From: Nemertoderma westbladi
Taxonomy: Eukaryota; Animalia; Xenacoelomorpha
Direction: 5' to 3'
DNA: 52,912 nucleotides
Assembly: GCA_032718475.1 (NCBI GenBank)
Contig: JAUCBJ010000418.1
Location: 1-52,912 of the forward strand
In this document: piece after piece, positions 13,823-25,787 of the stretch
Layout of the letters: every line of letters begins with the position of its first letter
Numbering within the stretch: the stretch's first letter is position 1
Program-made: the position numbers and the translations under genes
The notes under the pieces: model-generated
Told to the model about the DNA's origin: nothing
Databases searched by the model: none
What the model saw: only the letters and a program-made list of their open reading frames with translations

Positions 13823-14919
13823 AAACTGGCAGTTATTAGTTTGTAAATCTGTGTGTGGTTCTGTGATAAACTGGCAGTTATTATTGCAAATCTGCGGTTC
13901 TATATCTGTGGTTCTGTGATAAACTGGCAGTCATTATTGTAAATCTGTGGTTCTGTGATAAACTGGTAGTCATTATTGTAAATCTGTGGTTCTGTGATAA
14001 ACTGGCAGTCATTATTGTAAATCTGTGGTTCTGTGATAAACTGGCAGTCATTATTGTAAATCTGTGGTTCTGTGATAAACTGGTAGTCATTATTGTAAAT
14101 CTGTGGTTCTGTGATAAACTGGTAGTCATTATTGTAAATCTGTGGTTCTGTGATAAACTGGCAGTCATTATTGTAAATCTGTGGTTCTGTGATAAACTGG
14201 CAGTCATTATTGTAAATCTGTGGTTCTGTGATAAACTGGCAGTCATTATTGTAAATCTGTGGTTCTGTGATAAACTGGCAGTCATTATTGTAAATCTGTG
14301 GTTCTGTGATAAACTGGCAGTCATTATTGTAAATCTGTGGTTCTGTGATAAACTGGCAGTCATTATTGTAAATCTGTGGTTCTGTGATAAACTGGTAGTC
14401 ATTATTGTAAATCTGTGGTTCTGTGATAAACTGGCAGTCATTATTGTAAATCTGTGGTTCTGTGATAAACTGGCAGTCATTATTGTAAATCTGTGGTTCT
14501 GTGATAAACTGGCAGTCATTATTGTAAATCTGCGGTTCTGTGATAAACTGGCAGTCATTATTGTAAATCTGTGGTTCTGTGATAAACTGGCAGTCATTAT
14601 TGTAAATCTGTGGTTCTGTGATAAACTGGCAGTAATTATTGTAAATCTGTGGTTCTGTGATAAACTGGCAGTCATTATTGTAAATCTGTGGTTCTGTGAT
14701 AAACTGGCAGTCATTATTGTAAATCTGTGGTTCTGTGATAAACTGGCAGTCATTATTGTAAATTTGTGGTTCTGTGATAAACTGGCAGTCATTATTGTAA
14801 ATCTGTGGTTCTGTGATAAACTGGCAGTCATTATTGTAAATCTGTGGTTCTGTGATAAACTGGCAGTCATTATTGTAAATCTGTGGTTCTGTGATAAACT
14901 GGCAGTCATTATTGTAAAT
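13823..14919. repeat. 39-bp minisatellite (~28 copies) inside the CMC element
   Basis: Unit aaatctgtggttctgtgataaactggcagtcattattgt, nearly invariant. Confidence 0.97.
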
Positions 14920-15029
14920 TAGTTATATCATCACGCCTCTGTAATACAGAAATAACGGCATTACCAGTTGAATTACACAACTTAGGGTTCTTTGTATGTA
15001 CTATAGTAAAAACCGGCAATTGTGAAAAT

Positions 15030-15455
15030 ACAACCGCCATTTTTACATTTCATACAAACCGCCGGTTTGAAAACTACATACGTGTTTATTAACAAGAACC
15101 GACAGTTTGAATATAAGACCACCATTTTTACATTTCGTAAAAACCGCCGGTTTGAAAACTACATACGTGTTTGTTAACAAGAACCGACAGTTTGAATATA
15201 AGACCACCAATTTTACATTTCATAAAAACCGCCGGTTTGAAAACTACATACGTGTTTATTAACAAGAACCGACAGTTTGAATATAAGACCACCATTTTTA
15301 CATTTCATAAAAACCGCCGGTTTGAAAACTATAAGCGTTTAATTAACAAGAACCAACAGTTTAAAAATAAAACCGCCATTTTAACATTTCATAAAAACCG
15401 CCGGTTTGAAAATTATATGTTTTCATCAATAAGAACCGCCAGTTTGAAAATTTAA
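15030..15455. repeat. ~85-bp tandem repeat (~5 copies) inside the CMC element
   Basis: acc(a/g)cca(t/a)tttt... recurs at ~15033, 15118, 15203, 15288 and 15372. Confidence 0.85.
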
Positions 15456-15691
15456 TAACCACCTTTTTAATACAACCGTCACTTTCTATGCAAAATTCCG
15501 CACTGACTACAGGTTTCGTTTCAGGTATTATAACCAATATATCTTAAACCGCCGGTTTAATATCGTAACCCGAGGTTCCTACCAGCCATTTTTCTATGAT
15601 CCATACTAACCCCCGGTTTATCAATCACTACCGCAAGTACCTATCCATAACCAATGGTTAAAAAATCGACCGGCACTTACTTTTTTCAGTG

Positions 15692-17622
15692 TAAACTCTA
15701 CCGGGTTTCTACACACAGCCCCCATTACCTAACCCACCCACCTCCAGGTCACTGAAAGCTACACCGGGTTTCTACACACAGCCCCCATTACTTAACCCAC
15801 CCACCTCCAGGTCACGAAAAGCTACACCGGGTTTCTACACACAGGCCCAATTACCGAACCCACCCACCTCCAGGTCACTAAACTCTACTGGGTTTCTACA
15901 CACAGCCCCCATTACCTAACCCACCCACCTCCAGGTCACTAAACTCTACCAGGTTTCTACACACAGCCCCCATTACCGAATCCACCCACCTCCAGGTCAC
16001 TAAACTCTACTAGGTTTCTACACACAGCCCCATTACCTAACCCACCCACCTCCAGGTCACTGAAAGCTACACCGGGTTTCTACACACAGCCCCCATTACC
16101 GAATCCACCCACCTCCAGGTCACAAAACTCTACTGGGTTTCTACACACAGCCCCCATTACCTAACCCACCCACCTCCAGGTCACGAAAAGCTACACCGGG
16201 TTTCTACACACAGCCCCCATTACTTAACCCACCCACCTCCAGGTCACGAAAAGCTACACTGGGTTTCTACACACAGGCCCAATTACCGAACCCACCCACC
16301 TCCAGGTCACTAAACTCTACTAGGTTTCTACACACAGCCCCCATTACCGAATCCACCCACCTCCAGGTCACTAAACTCTACTGGGTTTCTACACACAGCC
16401 CCCATTACCGAACCCACCCACCTCCAGGTCACTAAACTCTACCAGGTTTCTACACACAGGCCCAATTACCGAACCCACCCACCTCCAGGTCACTAAACTC
16501 TACTAGGTTTCTACACACAGCCCCCCTTTACCGAACCCACCCACCTCCAGGTCACTGAAAGCTACACCGGGTTTCTACACACAGCCCCCATTACCGAATC
16601 CACCCACCTCCAGGTCACTAAACTCTACTAGGTTTCTACACACAGCCCCCATTACCGAACCCACCCACCTCCAGGTCACTAAACTCTACCAGGTTTCTAC
16701 ACACAGCCCCCATTACCGAATCCACCCACCTCCAGGTCACTAAACTCTACTAGGTTTCTACACACAGCCCCCATTACCGAACCCACCCACCTCCAGGTCA
16801 CTAAACTCTACCAGGTTTCTACACACAGGCCCAATTACCAAACCCACCCACCTCCAGGTCACTAAACTCTACCAGGTTTCTACACACAGGCCCAATTACC
16901 GAACCCACCCACCTCCAGGTCACTGAAAGCTACACCGGGTTTCTACACACAGCCCCCATTACCGAATCCACCCACCTCCAGGTCACTAAACTCTACCGGG
17001 TTTCTACACACAGCCCCCATTACCGAACCCACCCACCTCCAGGTCACTGAAAGCTACACCGGGTTTCTACACACAGCCCCCATTACCGAATCCACCCACC
17101 TCCAGGTCACTAAACTCTACCAGGTTTCTACACACAGCCCCCATTACCGAACCCACCCACCTCCAGGTCACAAAACTCTACTGGGTTTCTACATACTGCC
17201 CCCATTACCTAACCCACCCACCTCCAGGTCACTAAACTCTACCAGGTTTCTACACACAGCCCCCCTTTACCGAACCCACCCACCTCCAGGTCACTGAAAG
17301 CTACACCGGGTTTCTACACACAGCCCCCATTACCGAATCCACCCACCTCCAGGTCACTAAACTCTACCGGGTTTCTACACACAGCCCCCATTACCGAACC
17401 CACCCACCTCCAGGTCACAAAACTCTACTGGGTTTCTACATACTGCCCCCATTACCTAACCCACCCACCTCCAGGTCACTAAACTCTACCAGGTTTCTAC
17501 ACACAGCCCCCATTACCGAACCCACCCACCTCCAGGTCACTGAAAGCTACTGGGTTTCTACACACAGCCCCCATTACCGAACCCACCCACCTCCAGGTCA
17601 CTGAAAGCTACACCGGGTTTCT
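15692..17622. repeat. 61-63 bp satellite, proximal block (~31 units), running into MESD exon 2
   Basis: Same unit as 6882-12945. The last partial unit is the 3' end of the coding exon. Confidence 0.97.
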
Positions 17623-17677
17623 TCTTCCTTTTATGTTCCGGTAATTCATCTTCTTCTAATTCGTCATCATCGTGATC
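17591..17677 (-). CDS. MESD: LRP chaperone MESD (boca), exon 2
   Basis: Acceptor tttatttttgtAG, 87 nt, phase 0/0, DHDDDELEEDELPEHKRKKKPGVAFSDLE, donor GAG|GTGGGT. Matches the MESD motif DDD.EEGDLPEHKR...DFS. Confidence 0.9.
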
Positions 17678-18137
17678 CTACAAAAATAAAATAGAACAAA
17701 GTAATATTTGCCCGTGTTCAATTCTACCAGTTGCGATGATAGATGACCTTGCATTAACCTATATAGTAAGTAATATAGCTGACCTAGTTGACTATATACT
17801 GTAGTACGATAAAAATGACAATTTGAAGTCGAACAAATTTTGGTAACTACAGGACATGATTATGATAGGGGGATGGGTAAGCAGAAATCCCGTCAAAAAC
17901 AATACATTGCCTACAGGGACAGGCCTAGCACTTGGCTAATAATTCGTATATTTGATATTTTCAGCCTATCTCAGCGACCTTAAAATATAAATATATTCAA
18001 TAGGCCTAGTTTATCACGATAAATTAATTGTTTCTTTATAAAATATAATATATTAATATTACCGTCGGTTTGTAACACAGTAAGTACCGTAGGCCCGATA
18101 TCTATAAAATAAATTTCAGAATGTTGACGAAACTAAC

Positions 18138-18308
18138 TTCCCATTCTTCATAAATCTTTTCAATCTCAGCTTCGGTCAAATCCCGAACATCCTTCTTCTT
18201 CTTGCCAGTTTTATGTGATGTATCGCCCGATTCCACTAACTCAAACACATCCAGTAAAATAATTAAACAAAGAATCACAGCAGTTAACAAATGGCGTTGG
18301 ACATACAT
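18138..18308 (-). CDS. MESD: LRP chaperone MESD (boca), exon 1
   Basis: ATG, hydrophobic signal peptide, then KKKKDVRDLTEAEIEKIYEEWE (MESD KKKDIRD...D...L.EQWE). Donor GAA|GTTAGT splices in frame to exon 2. Confidence 0.9.
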
Positions 18309-18858
18309 CGTCGTTCAGTCGTTGATCTAAAACTCGCAACGATACAAACAACACCAATAGTCTGATTGTCGTAATAAAGAATGATTTAGCATACCAAGTG
18401 AAGGGGCGACTTCAACCCTAACAGTAAATAAACTGGCATGTAAATGAATCAATCATCAGTCAGTCAGTAGGCCTATTAGTGAAAGATAACGGTACTCTTA
18501 CCACTTACTTTATGCTTTACCTTTAACTCACACCGTCACCGGTTGGCAAGCACGGTGGGTAAGGTAGGCTATACTAATGAAAATTGTAGTAAACTTGTAA
18601 AACGGCTGTCTGCCTGTTACTGTGTGATTGTTGGTGCCGGGCCGGTCCCGGTAGTTAACTGGTTAAGCAAGGTGCTGTACAGGAGTGGAGTATCTTCCTT
18701 CAGAAAGTTTACAAACCTAGGACCTAGGACTGACTGTAGGTCGTACTAACTTTACAATTCAGCAATTTGTACAGTTGTACAGTAGGCCTACTCCTGTACT
18801 CCAGTACTCCTACTGCCTGACGGCACTGTCAAATTAGTTTTGTCATTGTTCATTCTAG

Positions 18859-18935
18859 TATCTGCAAGATTTGAATTTACCTCCCAAATATTATAAAGAA
18901 GAACTGAGAGGAAGGTGGGAAAATTTAAAAATTAG
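18859..18935 (+). CDS. Possible internal exon of an unidentified gene divergent from MESD
   Basis: ttgttcattctAG acceptor, open frame YLQDLNLPPKYYKEELRGRWENLKI, AG|GTACT donor. Phase-compatible with 20082-20198. No family recognised. Confidence 0.25.
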
Positions 18936-20081
18936 GTACTTAACTAAGAAGTGGGTTATCTACATCAAAGAAAACGTATAGGCTACACAAAAATCCCATT
19001 TTATCAATAGTTTGATTTGAGAAATCCACTGTTGTCATTAATATTTTTTTTAAATCAGTGAATTAAATTATTCTAAATATAATTAAATATAGTTAAATAG
19101 TTAAATTATTCTAAATATAACTAAATATAGTTATTATCATAAATAATTATTTATTACTTGGGATAATATTTTTTTCACTAGTTATTTTATTTAACGCGCG
19201 CCAGTGAGGTTAACAAAGATTCGAGAGGATATTGAAAACATTTTATTATTATAAAGTGTTACTTTTTGTTACTTAATTCTTTTATCAAATATAAAGCAAT
19301 AGAGTGTTACAAAATAAATTTATCTACAGTATTTTACAATAATTATTGCTTCCTTAGTTACAGTGATTAAAATAATTATACAGTACTCTTCAACTCCTGA
19401 TGCTGCCTTACTCAAATGTTCAATAATTTAGTGTTCTCGAATATTTGTTAAGTACATTGTAACTGGAGAGCAGCTTACGTTTTGAAGTACGCCTTGCAGA
19501 CACTAAAGTTGCAATAACTTTTGAGTGTGTTCATTGATTTAGCCCAATTACAGTAAAATTTAAAAATTAAACCGGTTTTGATAAATTATTATTTATTGGA
19601 TTTTCATGATAATATTCATGTTGATGGAAATACAAGATTAATAAAGTTGTTGACTAATAAATAATTTCAAAATCCCCTAGTAGTATTAACTTTAATAATT
19701 TTAGTAATTCCATAATTATAAATGTCATATTAGTTCTGTAATAAAGCCATCAGGATCTCTACTTTGAAATGTGCTAATTATATCGATATTAGTCTTAGTA
19801 AATACAATGCAATGCAATATTAAACATAAATGATTGTGTGCATAGCAGGATGACAGCTGGATGTTTGTGAGCTACTGTAGACACGTGTCCTTATTATTAT
19901 AATTGACGCATTCTTCTCCATGTAGCAATACCACAGGCCTACTGTACATTCATGGAGATTGAGTGGCCGGAACGCATCCCTGCTGTGCTCATATCAGATT
20001 ATTATTACGTTTACACTGCACAATGTGTAGGCCTAGACATATCACTCCATAATGTATATAAATTATTGTTTAAAACCACAG

Positions 20082-20198
20082 TTATTGTAAACCCGGTGGG
20101 AGGTGGCTAGGCGACCAGTGTGGGAGTCTGTTTGTCGACACCTCCGTCGTTTTGGTAAATGATGACTCGGATCCGGCGTACAGTAGAACTGCAGAAAT
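20082..20198 (+). CDS. Possible internal exon of the same unidentified gene
   Basis: cacAG acceptor, GC-richer island, open frame YCKPGGRWLGDQCGSLFVDTSVVLVNDDSDPAYSRTAE, GTAAAT donor. Confidence 0.25.
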
Positions 20199-20984
20199 GT
20201 AAATAAGTATACTGTATTTAATTTAGTTTTAAATTTCCCTCCGAAATATTATTTTTTTAATTGGAAAATTACGTACATGTCTTCAGTTGGTGCCTTGGTG
20301 GTGGTTATTGTTTTGTGCAAAGTCGTATTTCTCATTTGTTAGAAATAAATCGGGGATACCTGAGGCTAGTGGACCTCCCCAATATCTGAGCACCAATTTT
20401 CTCCTAATTATCCGCCAAATCACTAAATTGAGATCGCCATAGGCACAACACTGTTGTTTACAAAAATCTGTTATTTATTTATCATTTTCACTTTTTTCGA
20501 CTTTGTGATGTTTAAACGGGATGACTTTGGTAGGTCATATTTAACAAACTGGTGGTCTTGGTCATTCAAAGTTCCTCTTTGAGCAAAATATTTAATAGTG
20601 ATTGCCCTTGGAACATATTATCCTACAGAAACTTATTCTGAATTTCTTGAATTGGTTTGAAATTAAATTTGGGGGCTAAATGGGCCACCTCCGGCCCATC
20701 TAGCCCCTTAAAGTTTATGATAAGGAATATAGGCATAATATAAACCAAACGATGCTTAACTGTTCCGACTTACGTCAGGAAAACTCACCTAACGGCTAAC
20801 GAACCAAATCGAATCGATCGAAACATGGGCTAAAGCCTTCCTGTATTTCATTTCATTGAACCCGAAAATGTTTGTCACACCACCCTCACCTAAACAGCTT
20901 CCACCCTGCCCTCCTGCCGCATATTACCAAACCACCTTACAGTATCGACTGACACTGGTAATGTAATTCAACCTAAAGCAAGGA

Positions 20985-21010
20985 CCAATCAGAGACGAGT
21001 AGTATATAAG
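20985..21010 (+). promoter_or_regulatory. CCAAT box plus TATA box upstream of the 32-bp satellite
   Basis: ccaatcag at 20985 and tatataag at 21003. Motif match only. Confidence 0.3.
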
Positions 21011-21098
21011 CGAGGAAAGTAGGTCGGGGATTAACATGTGGGACTTTGTGAAAGGATCCATCTGAGGATCACCAAAAGAGAGTTGTTTCTGAGTAACC

Positions 21099-23807
21099 AG
21101 ATGAGTGGTTGTTGCTGAGCAGATAAAGGTAGATGAGCTGTGGTTGCTGCGCAGATCAAGGTAGATGAGTGGTGGTTGCTGCGCAGATCAAGGTAGATGA
21201 GTGGTGGTTGCTGCGCAGATCAAGGTAGATGAGTGGTGGTTGCTGCGCAGATCAAGGTAGATGAGTGGTGGTTGCTGTGCAGATAAAGGTAGATGAGCTG
21301 TGGTTGCTGCGCAGATCAAGGTAGATGAGTGGTGGTTGCTGCGCAGATCAAGGTAGATGAGTGGTGGTTGCTGCGCAGATCAAGGTAGATGAGTGGTGGT
21401 TGCTGCGCAGATCAAGGTAGATGAGTGGTGGTTGCTGGGCAGATCAAGACAGATGAGTGGTGGTTGCTGGGCAGATCAAGACAGATGAGTGGTGGTTGCT
21501 ATATATATCAAGGTAGATGAGTGGTGGTTGCTGCGCAGATCAAGGTAGATGAGTGGTGGTTGCTGCGCAGATCAAGGTAGATGAGTGGTGGTTGCTGCGC
21601 AGATCAAGGTAGATGAGTGGTGGTTGCTGCGCAGATCAAGGTAGATGAGTGGTGGTTGCTGCGCAGATCAAGGTAGATGAGTGGTGGTTGCTGCGCAGAT
21701 CAAGGTAGATGAGTGGTGGTTGCTGGGCAGATCAAGACAGATGAGTTGTGGTTGCTGCGCAGATCAAGGTAGATGAGTGGTGGTTGCTGGGCAGATCAAG
21801 ACAGATGAGTGGTGGTTGCTGCGCAGATCAAAGTAGATGAGTGGTGGTTGCTGCGCAGATCAAGGTAGATGAGTGGTGGTTGCTGCGCAGATCAAGGTAG
21901 ATGAGTGGTGGTTGCTGGGCAGATCAAGACAGATGAGTTGTGGTTGCTGCGCAGATCAAGGTAGATGAGTGGTGGTTGCTGCGCAGATCAAGGTAGATGA
22001 GTGGTGGTTGCTGCGCAGATCAAGGTAGATGAGTGGTGGTTGCTGCGCAGATCAAGGTAGATGAGAGGTGGTTGCTGCGCATATCAAGGTAGATGAGTTG
22101 TGGTTGCTGCGCAGATCAAGGTAGATGAGTTGTGGGTGCTGCGCAGATCAAGGTAGATAGTTGTGGTTGCTGCGCAGATCAAGGTAGATGAGTTGTGGTT
22201 GCTGCACAGATCAAGGTAGTTGAGTTGCGGTTGCTGCGCAGATCAAGATAGATGAGTGGCGGTTGCTGCGCATATCAGGGTAGATGAGTGGTGGTTGCTG
22301 CGCAGATCAAGGTAGATGAGTTGTGGTTGCTGCGCTGATCAAGGTAGATGAGTTGTGGTTGCTGCGCAGATCAAGGTATATGAGTGGTGGTTGCTGCGCA
22401 GATCAAGGTAGATGAGTTGTGGTTGCTGCGCAGATCAAGACAGATGAGTGGTGGTTGCTGCGCAGATCAAAGTAGATGAGTGGTGGTTGCTGCGCAGATC
22501 AAGGTAGATGAGTGGTGGTTGCTGCGCAGATCAAGACAGATGAGTGGTGGTTGCTGCGCATATCAATGTAGATGAGTGGTGGTTGCTGCGCAGAACAAGG
22601 TAGATGAGTGGTGGTTGCTGCGCAGATCAAGTTAGATGAGTTGTGGTTGCTGCGCAGATCAAAGTAGATGAGTGGTGGTTGCTGCGCAGATCAAGACAGA
22701 TGAGTGGTGGTTGCTGCGCATATCAATGTAGATGAGTGGTGGTTGCTGCGCAGATCAAGGTAGATGAGTGGTGGTTGCTGCGCAGATCAAGTTAGATGAG
22801 TTGTGGTTGCTGCGCAGATCAAAGTAGATGAGTGGTGGTTGCTGCGCAGATCAAGGTAGATGAGCTGTGGTTGCTGCGCAGATCAAGGTAGATGAGTGGT
22901 GGTTGCTGCGCAGATCAAGGTAGATGAGTTGTGGTTGCTGCGCAGATCAAGGTAGATGAGTGGGGGTTGCTGCGCAGATCAAGGTAGATAGTTGTGGTTG
23001 CTGCGCAGATCAAGGTAGATGAGTTGTGGTTGCTGCGCAGATCAAGGTAGTTGAGTTGTGGTTGCTGCGCAGATCAAGGTAGTTGAGTGGTGGTTGCTGC
23101 GCAGATCAAGGTAGATAGTTGTGGTTGCTGCGCAGATCAAGGTAGATGAGTTGTGGTTGCTGCGCAGATCAAGGTAGATGAGTTGTGGTTGCTGCGCAGA
23201 TCAATGTAGATGAGTGGTGGTTACTGCGCAGATCAAGGTAGATGAGTTGTGGTTGCTGCGCAGATCAAGTTAGATGAGTTGTGGTTGCTGCGCAGATCAA
23301 CGTAGATGAGTGGTGGTTGCTGCGCAGATCAAAGTAGATGAGTGGTGGTTGCTGCGCAGATCAAGGTAGATGAGTGGTGGTTGCTGGGCAGATCAAGACA
23401 GATGAGTGGTGGTTGCTGCGCATATCAAGGTAGATGAGTAGTGGTTGCTGCGCAGATCAAGGTAGATGAGTGGTGGTTGCTGCGCATATCAAGGTAGATG
23501 AGTGGTGGTTGCTGCGCAGATCAATGTAGATAGTTGTGGTTGCTGCGCAGATCAAAGTAGATGAGTGGTGGTTGCTGCGCAGATCAAGGTAGATGAGTGG
23601 TGGTTGCTGCGCATATCAAGGTAGATGAGTAGTGGTTGCTGCGCAGATCAAGGTAGATGAGTGGTGGTTGCTATATATATCAAGGTAGATGAGTGGTGGT
23701 TGCTGCGCAGATCAAGGTAGATAGTTGTGGTTGCTGCGCAGATCAAAGTAGATGAGTGGTGGTTGCTGCGCAGATCAAGGTAGATGAGTGGTGGTTGCTG
23801 CGCATAT
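21099..23807. repeat. 32-bp satellite, block 1
   Basis: Unit gatcaaggtagatgagtggtggttgctgcgca, ~85 copies. Confidence 0.97.
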
Positions 23808-25581
23808 TATTATACTCGCGCACATAAGCGCAAACCAGGCTAGCTGGCATTTATTAGTAAAATTGTGACGATTATACAATTATGCCGATTACACTATTAT
23901 AAAATCATAGTAAACGAACAGGATCAACATCACTACTAAATTATTAAATAAAATATAAGTCAATAGTTGGCTAAAAATAAAGCTTAAAAATGGCACCAGT
24001 GATTATACAATCAATGTTGGGTAGGGTTAGTATAGCATAGGGACGACACGTTATAATTAACATTAATCAAATAGATATCGTTATATATAAGTATGTATAC
24101 GGTTCGAATTAACCCCAATTAAGAGTATGCAATAAAGGAACAAACTTAAAATCCGTAAAATTGTAGTATTCTATTATGTTTAGTTTTAAAAGTTACTCCG
24201 TGCAGATCGTAGCAATTCTTTACAAAATTAGCACAGATTATGTCGTCAAGCGAGCTATTGCCAGTTTGAAGTCCTGTCAAAAGTGCACGTTTGTCATATT
24301 CACATGTTAGTATAGACCACATGGAAGGGATTTGGTGAGTTTCCTTTGCTCGTCTGTAGGTGCTCATGAGGCCCCTGTATAACGTGCGGGATATCGCATT
24401 ATCCAAAGCAATGTACCGGAAGCTAGTTTGTAAGGTGAATATAGGGCATCTAAGTATTTGCAATAATGTTGACACGGCGCCACGATAGGCCATGGTGCTG
24501 AGAGGCAAAATATTCAGGAGTTCGTATAATGTGTCGTTGTTTATATATACTCCAACATGCAGAAGTCGGCGTAGAGCCTGTCTATATGCTGAATCGATAC
24601 GAGATATGTCATTCTTGCTCAGGTTACCAATCGTATACTTCAGCTTGTATGTCAAGCTTGGGATTACAAGTGACTTCCAGAGATATGATAATGTTTCGGT
24701 ATCTAACCATTGCGATGTCCACCCTTTCTGTTGAAAAATTCCTCCCATTTTCCATATATGCTGAGTGCACTCTGCGGCAGCGTGTGCGCTAGTTTTGTTG
24801 GAAGAAAGAGTGTAGCCCAGGAACTCGATTGTCTGACTTTCCGGTATTAGCTGCCCATTAATATTGAGGAAACACGGTATGTAAGTGTTGTTGTTAGCTT
24901 CGCTGTACATCCAGTGACATTTAGACGGCTCGAACATTAGTTGTAACTTATCGAGCCCCATGTTCAGTATATTTGACATGAGTTCTATTTCCTGTATTGT
25001 AGTGGCTAAAAGAAAAACATCATCAGCATACATTATGCAGCCGAACCAGATATCGTTGATCATGCACCCCAGTCCGGATTCAGTTAGCGACTGCATGACG
25101 CTGATGGTGTAAAGATTAAATAAGCATGGTGACAGTAATGATCCTTGCATGATCCCTCTAGGCATATTTATGCCAACCACATCTATCAGATTTCCAAACT
25201 TGAGGTACACCATGGCGATGCTGTAGTAATGAACCAGTAGACGGCAAATGAATGGGTTTATAATTCCTGATAACTTCTCGAAGAGAACTGCGTGGTCAAC
25301 TTCGTCAAAAGCGGATTTGATATCAAGTTGGCACATATACAGACCTGATCCTAGTTCACTAAAGTGTTGTATACATTCCAGTATCAAACCGATGGCAGCC
25401 TCGCATCCCACATGTTCTTTATATGCTAACTGATAGTCGTTTCTTGGAAGGATATTCTCAAGGAAGCCCTTGTATATTATACGCTCGAGTACCTTTGCTA
25501 ATAGGCATATGCTGGCAATCGGTCTATAAGAGTTAGTTCTCATGGGATCCTTCCTCTTCCCTATCTGCATCTTCCCTTCCT
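23808..25581 (-). mobile_element. 5'-truncated non-LTR retrotransposon (LINE A; RTE-X-like), RT domain to 3' end
   Basis: Uninterrupted ORF 24146-25581 with SYRPIAS, LDIKSAFDEV, GIMQGSLLSP and YADD. 3' UTR ends in hairpins and a short (taa) tail. gcatat duplicated at 23802-23807 and 25582-25587. Confidence 0.92.
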
Positions 25582-25787
25582 GCATATCAAGGTAGATGAG
25601 TAGTGGTTGCTGCGCAGATCAAGGTAGATGAGTGGTGGTTGCTATATATATCAAGGTAGATGAGTGGTGGTTGCTGCGCATATCAAGGTAGATGAGTGGT
25701 GGTTGCTGCGCAGATCAAGGTAGATAGTTGTGGTTGCTGCGCAGATCAAGGTAGATGAGTTGTGGTTGCTGCGCAGATCAAGGTAGT
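25582..25787. repeat. 32-bp satellite, block 2 (~6 units between two LINEs)
   Basis: Same unit. Continues the variant pattern interrupted at 23807. Confidence 0.95.

Larger units (their letters stand above)
12946..15691. mobile_element. Non-autonomous CMC/EnSpm(CACTA)-type DNA transposon, 2746 bp
   Basis: 18-bp perfect TIRs cactgaaaaaagtaagtg / cacttacttttttcagtg. TA duplicated at 12944-12945 and 15692-15693; removal restores the satellite unit ggtcacTAaactc. Many aactg(g/c)c(a/g)gtt and aaccgccggtt subterminal motifs. No transposase ORF. Confidence 0.88.

Noticed and set aside
13881-14909. 342-aa ORF of 13-aa repeats
   Set aside because: Simply the 39-bp minisatellite inside a non-autonomous transposon.
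18102-18137. Single-exon 68-aa protein as given by the ORF track
   Set aside because: The last residues are intron read-through. Splicing to 17677 restores MESD similarity.
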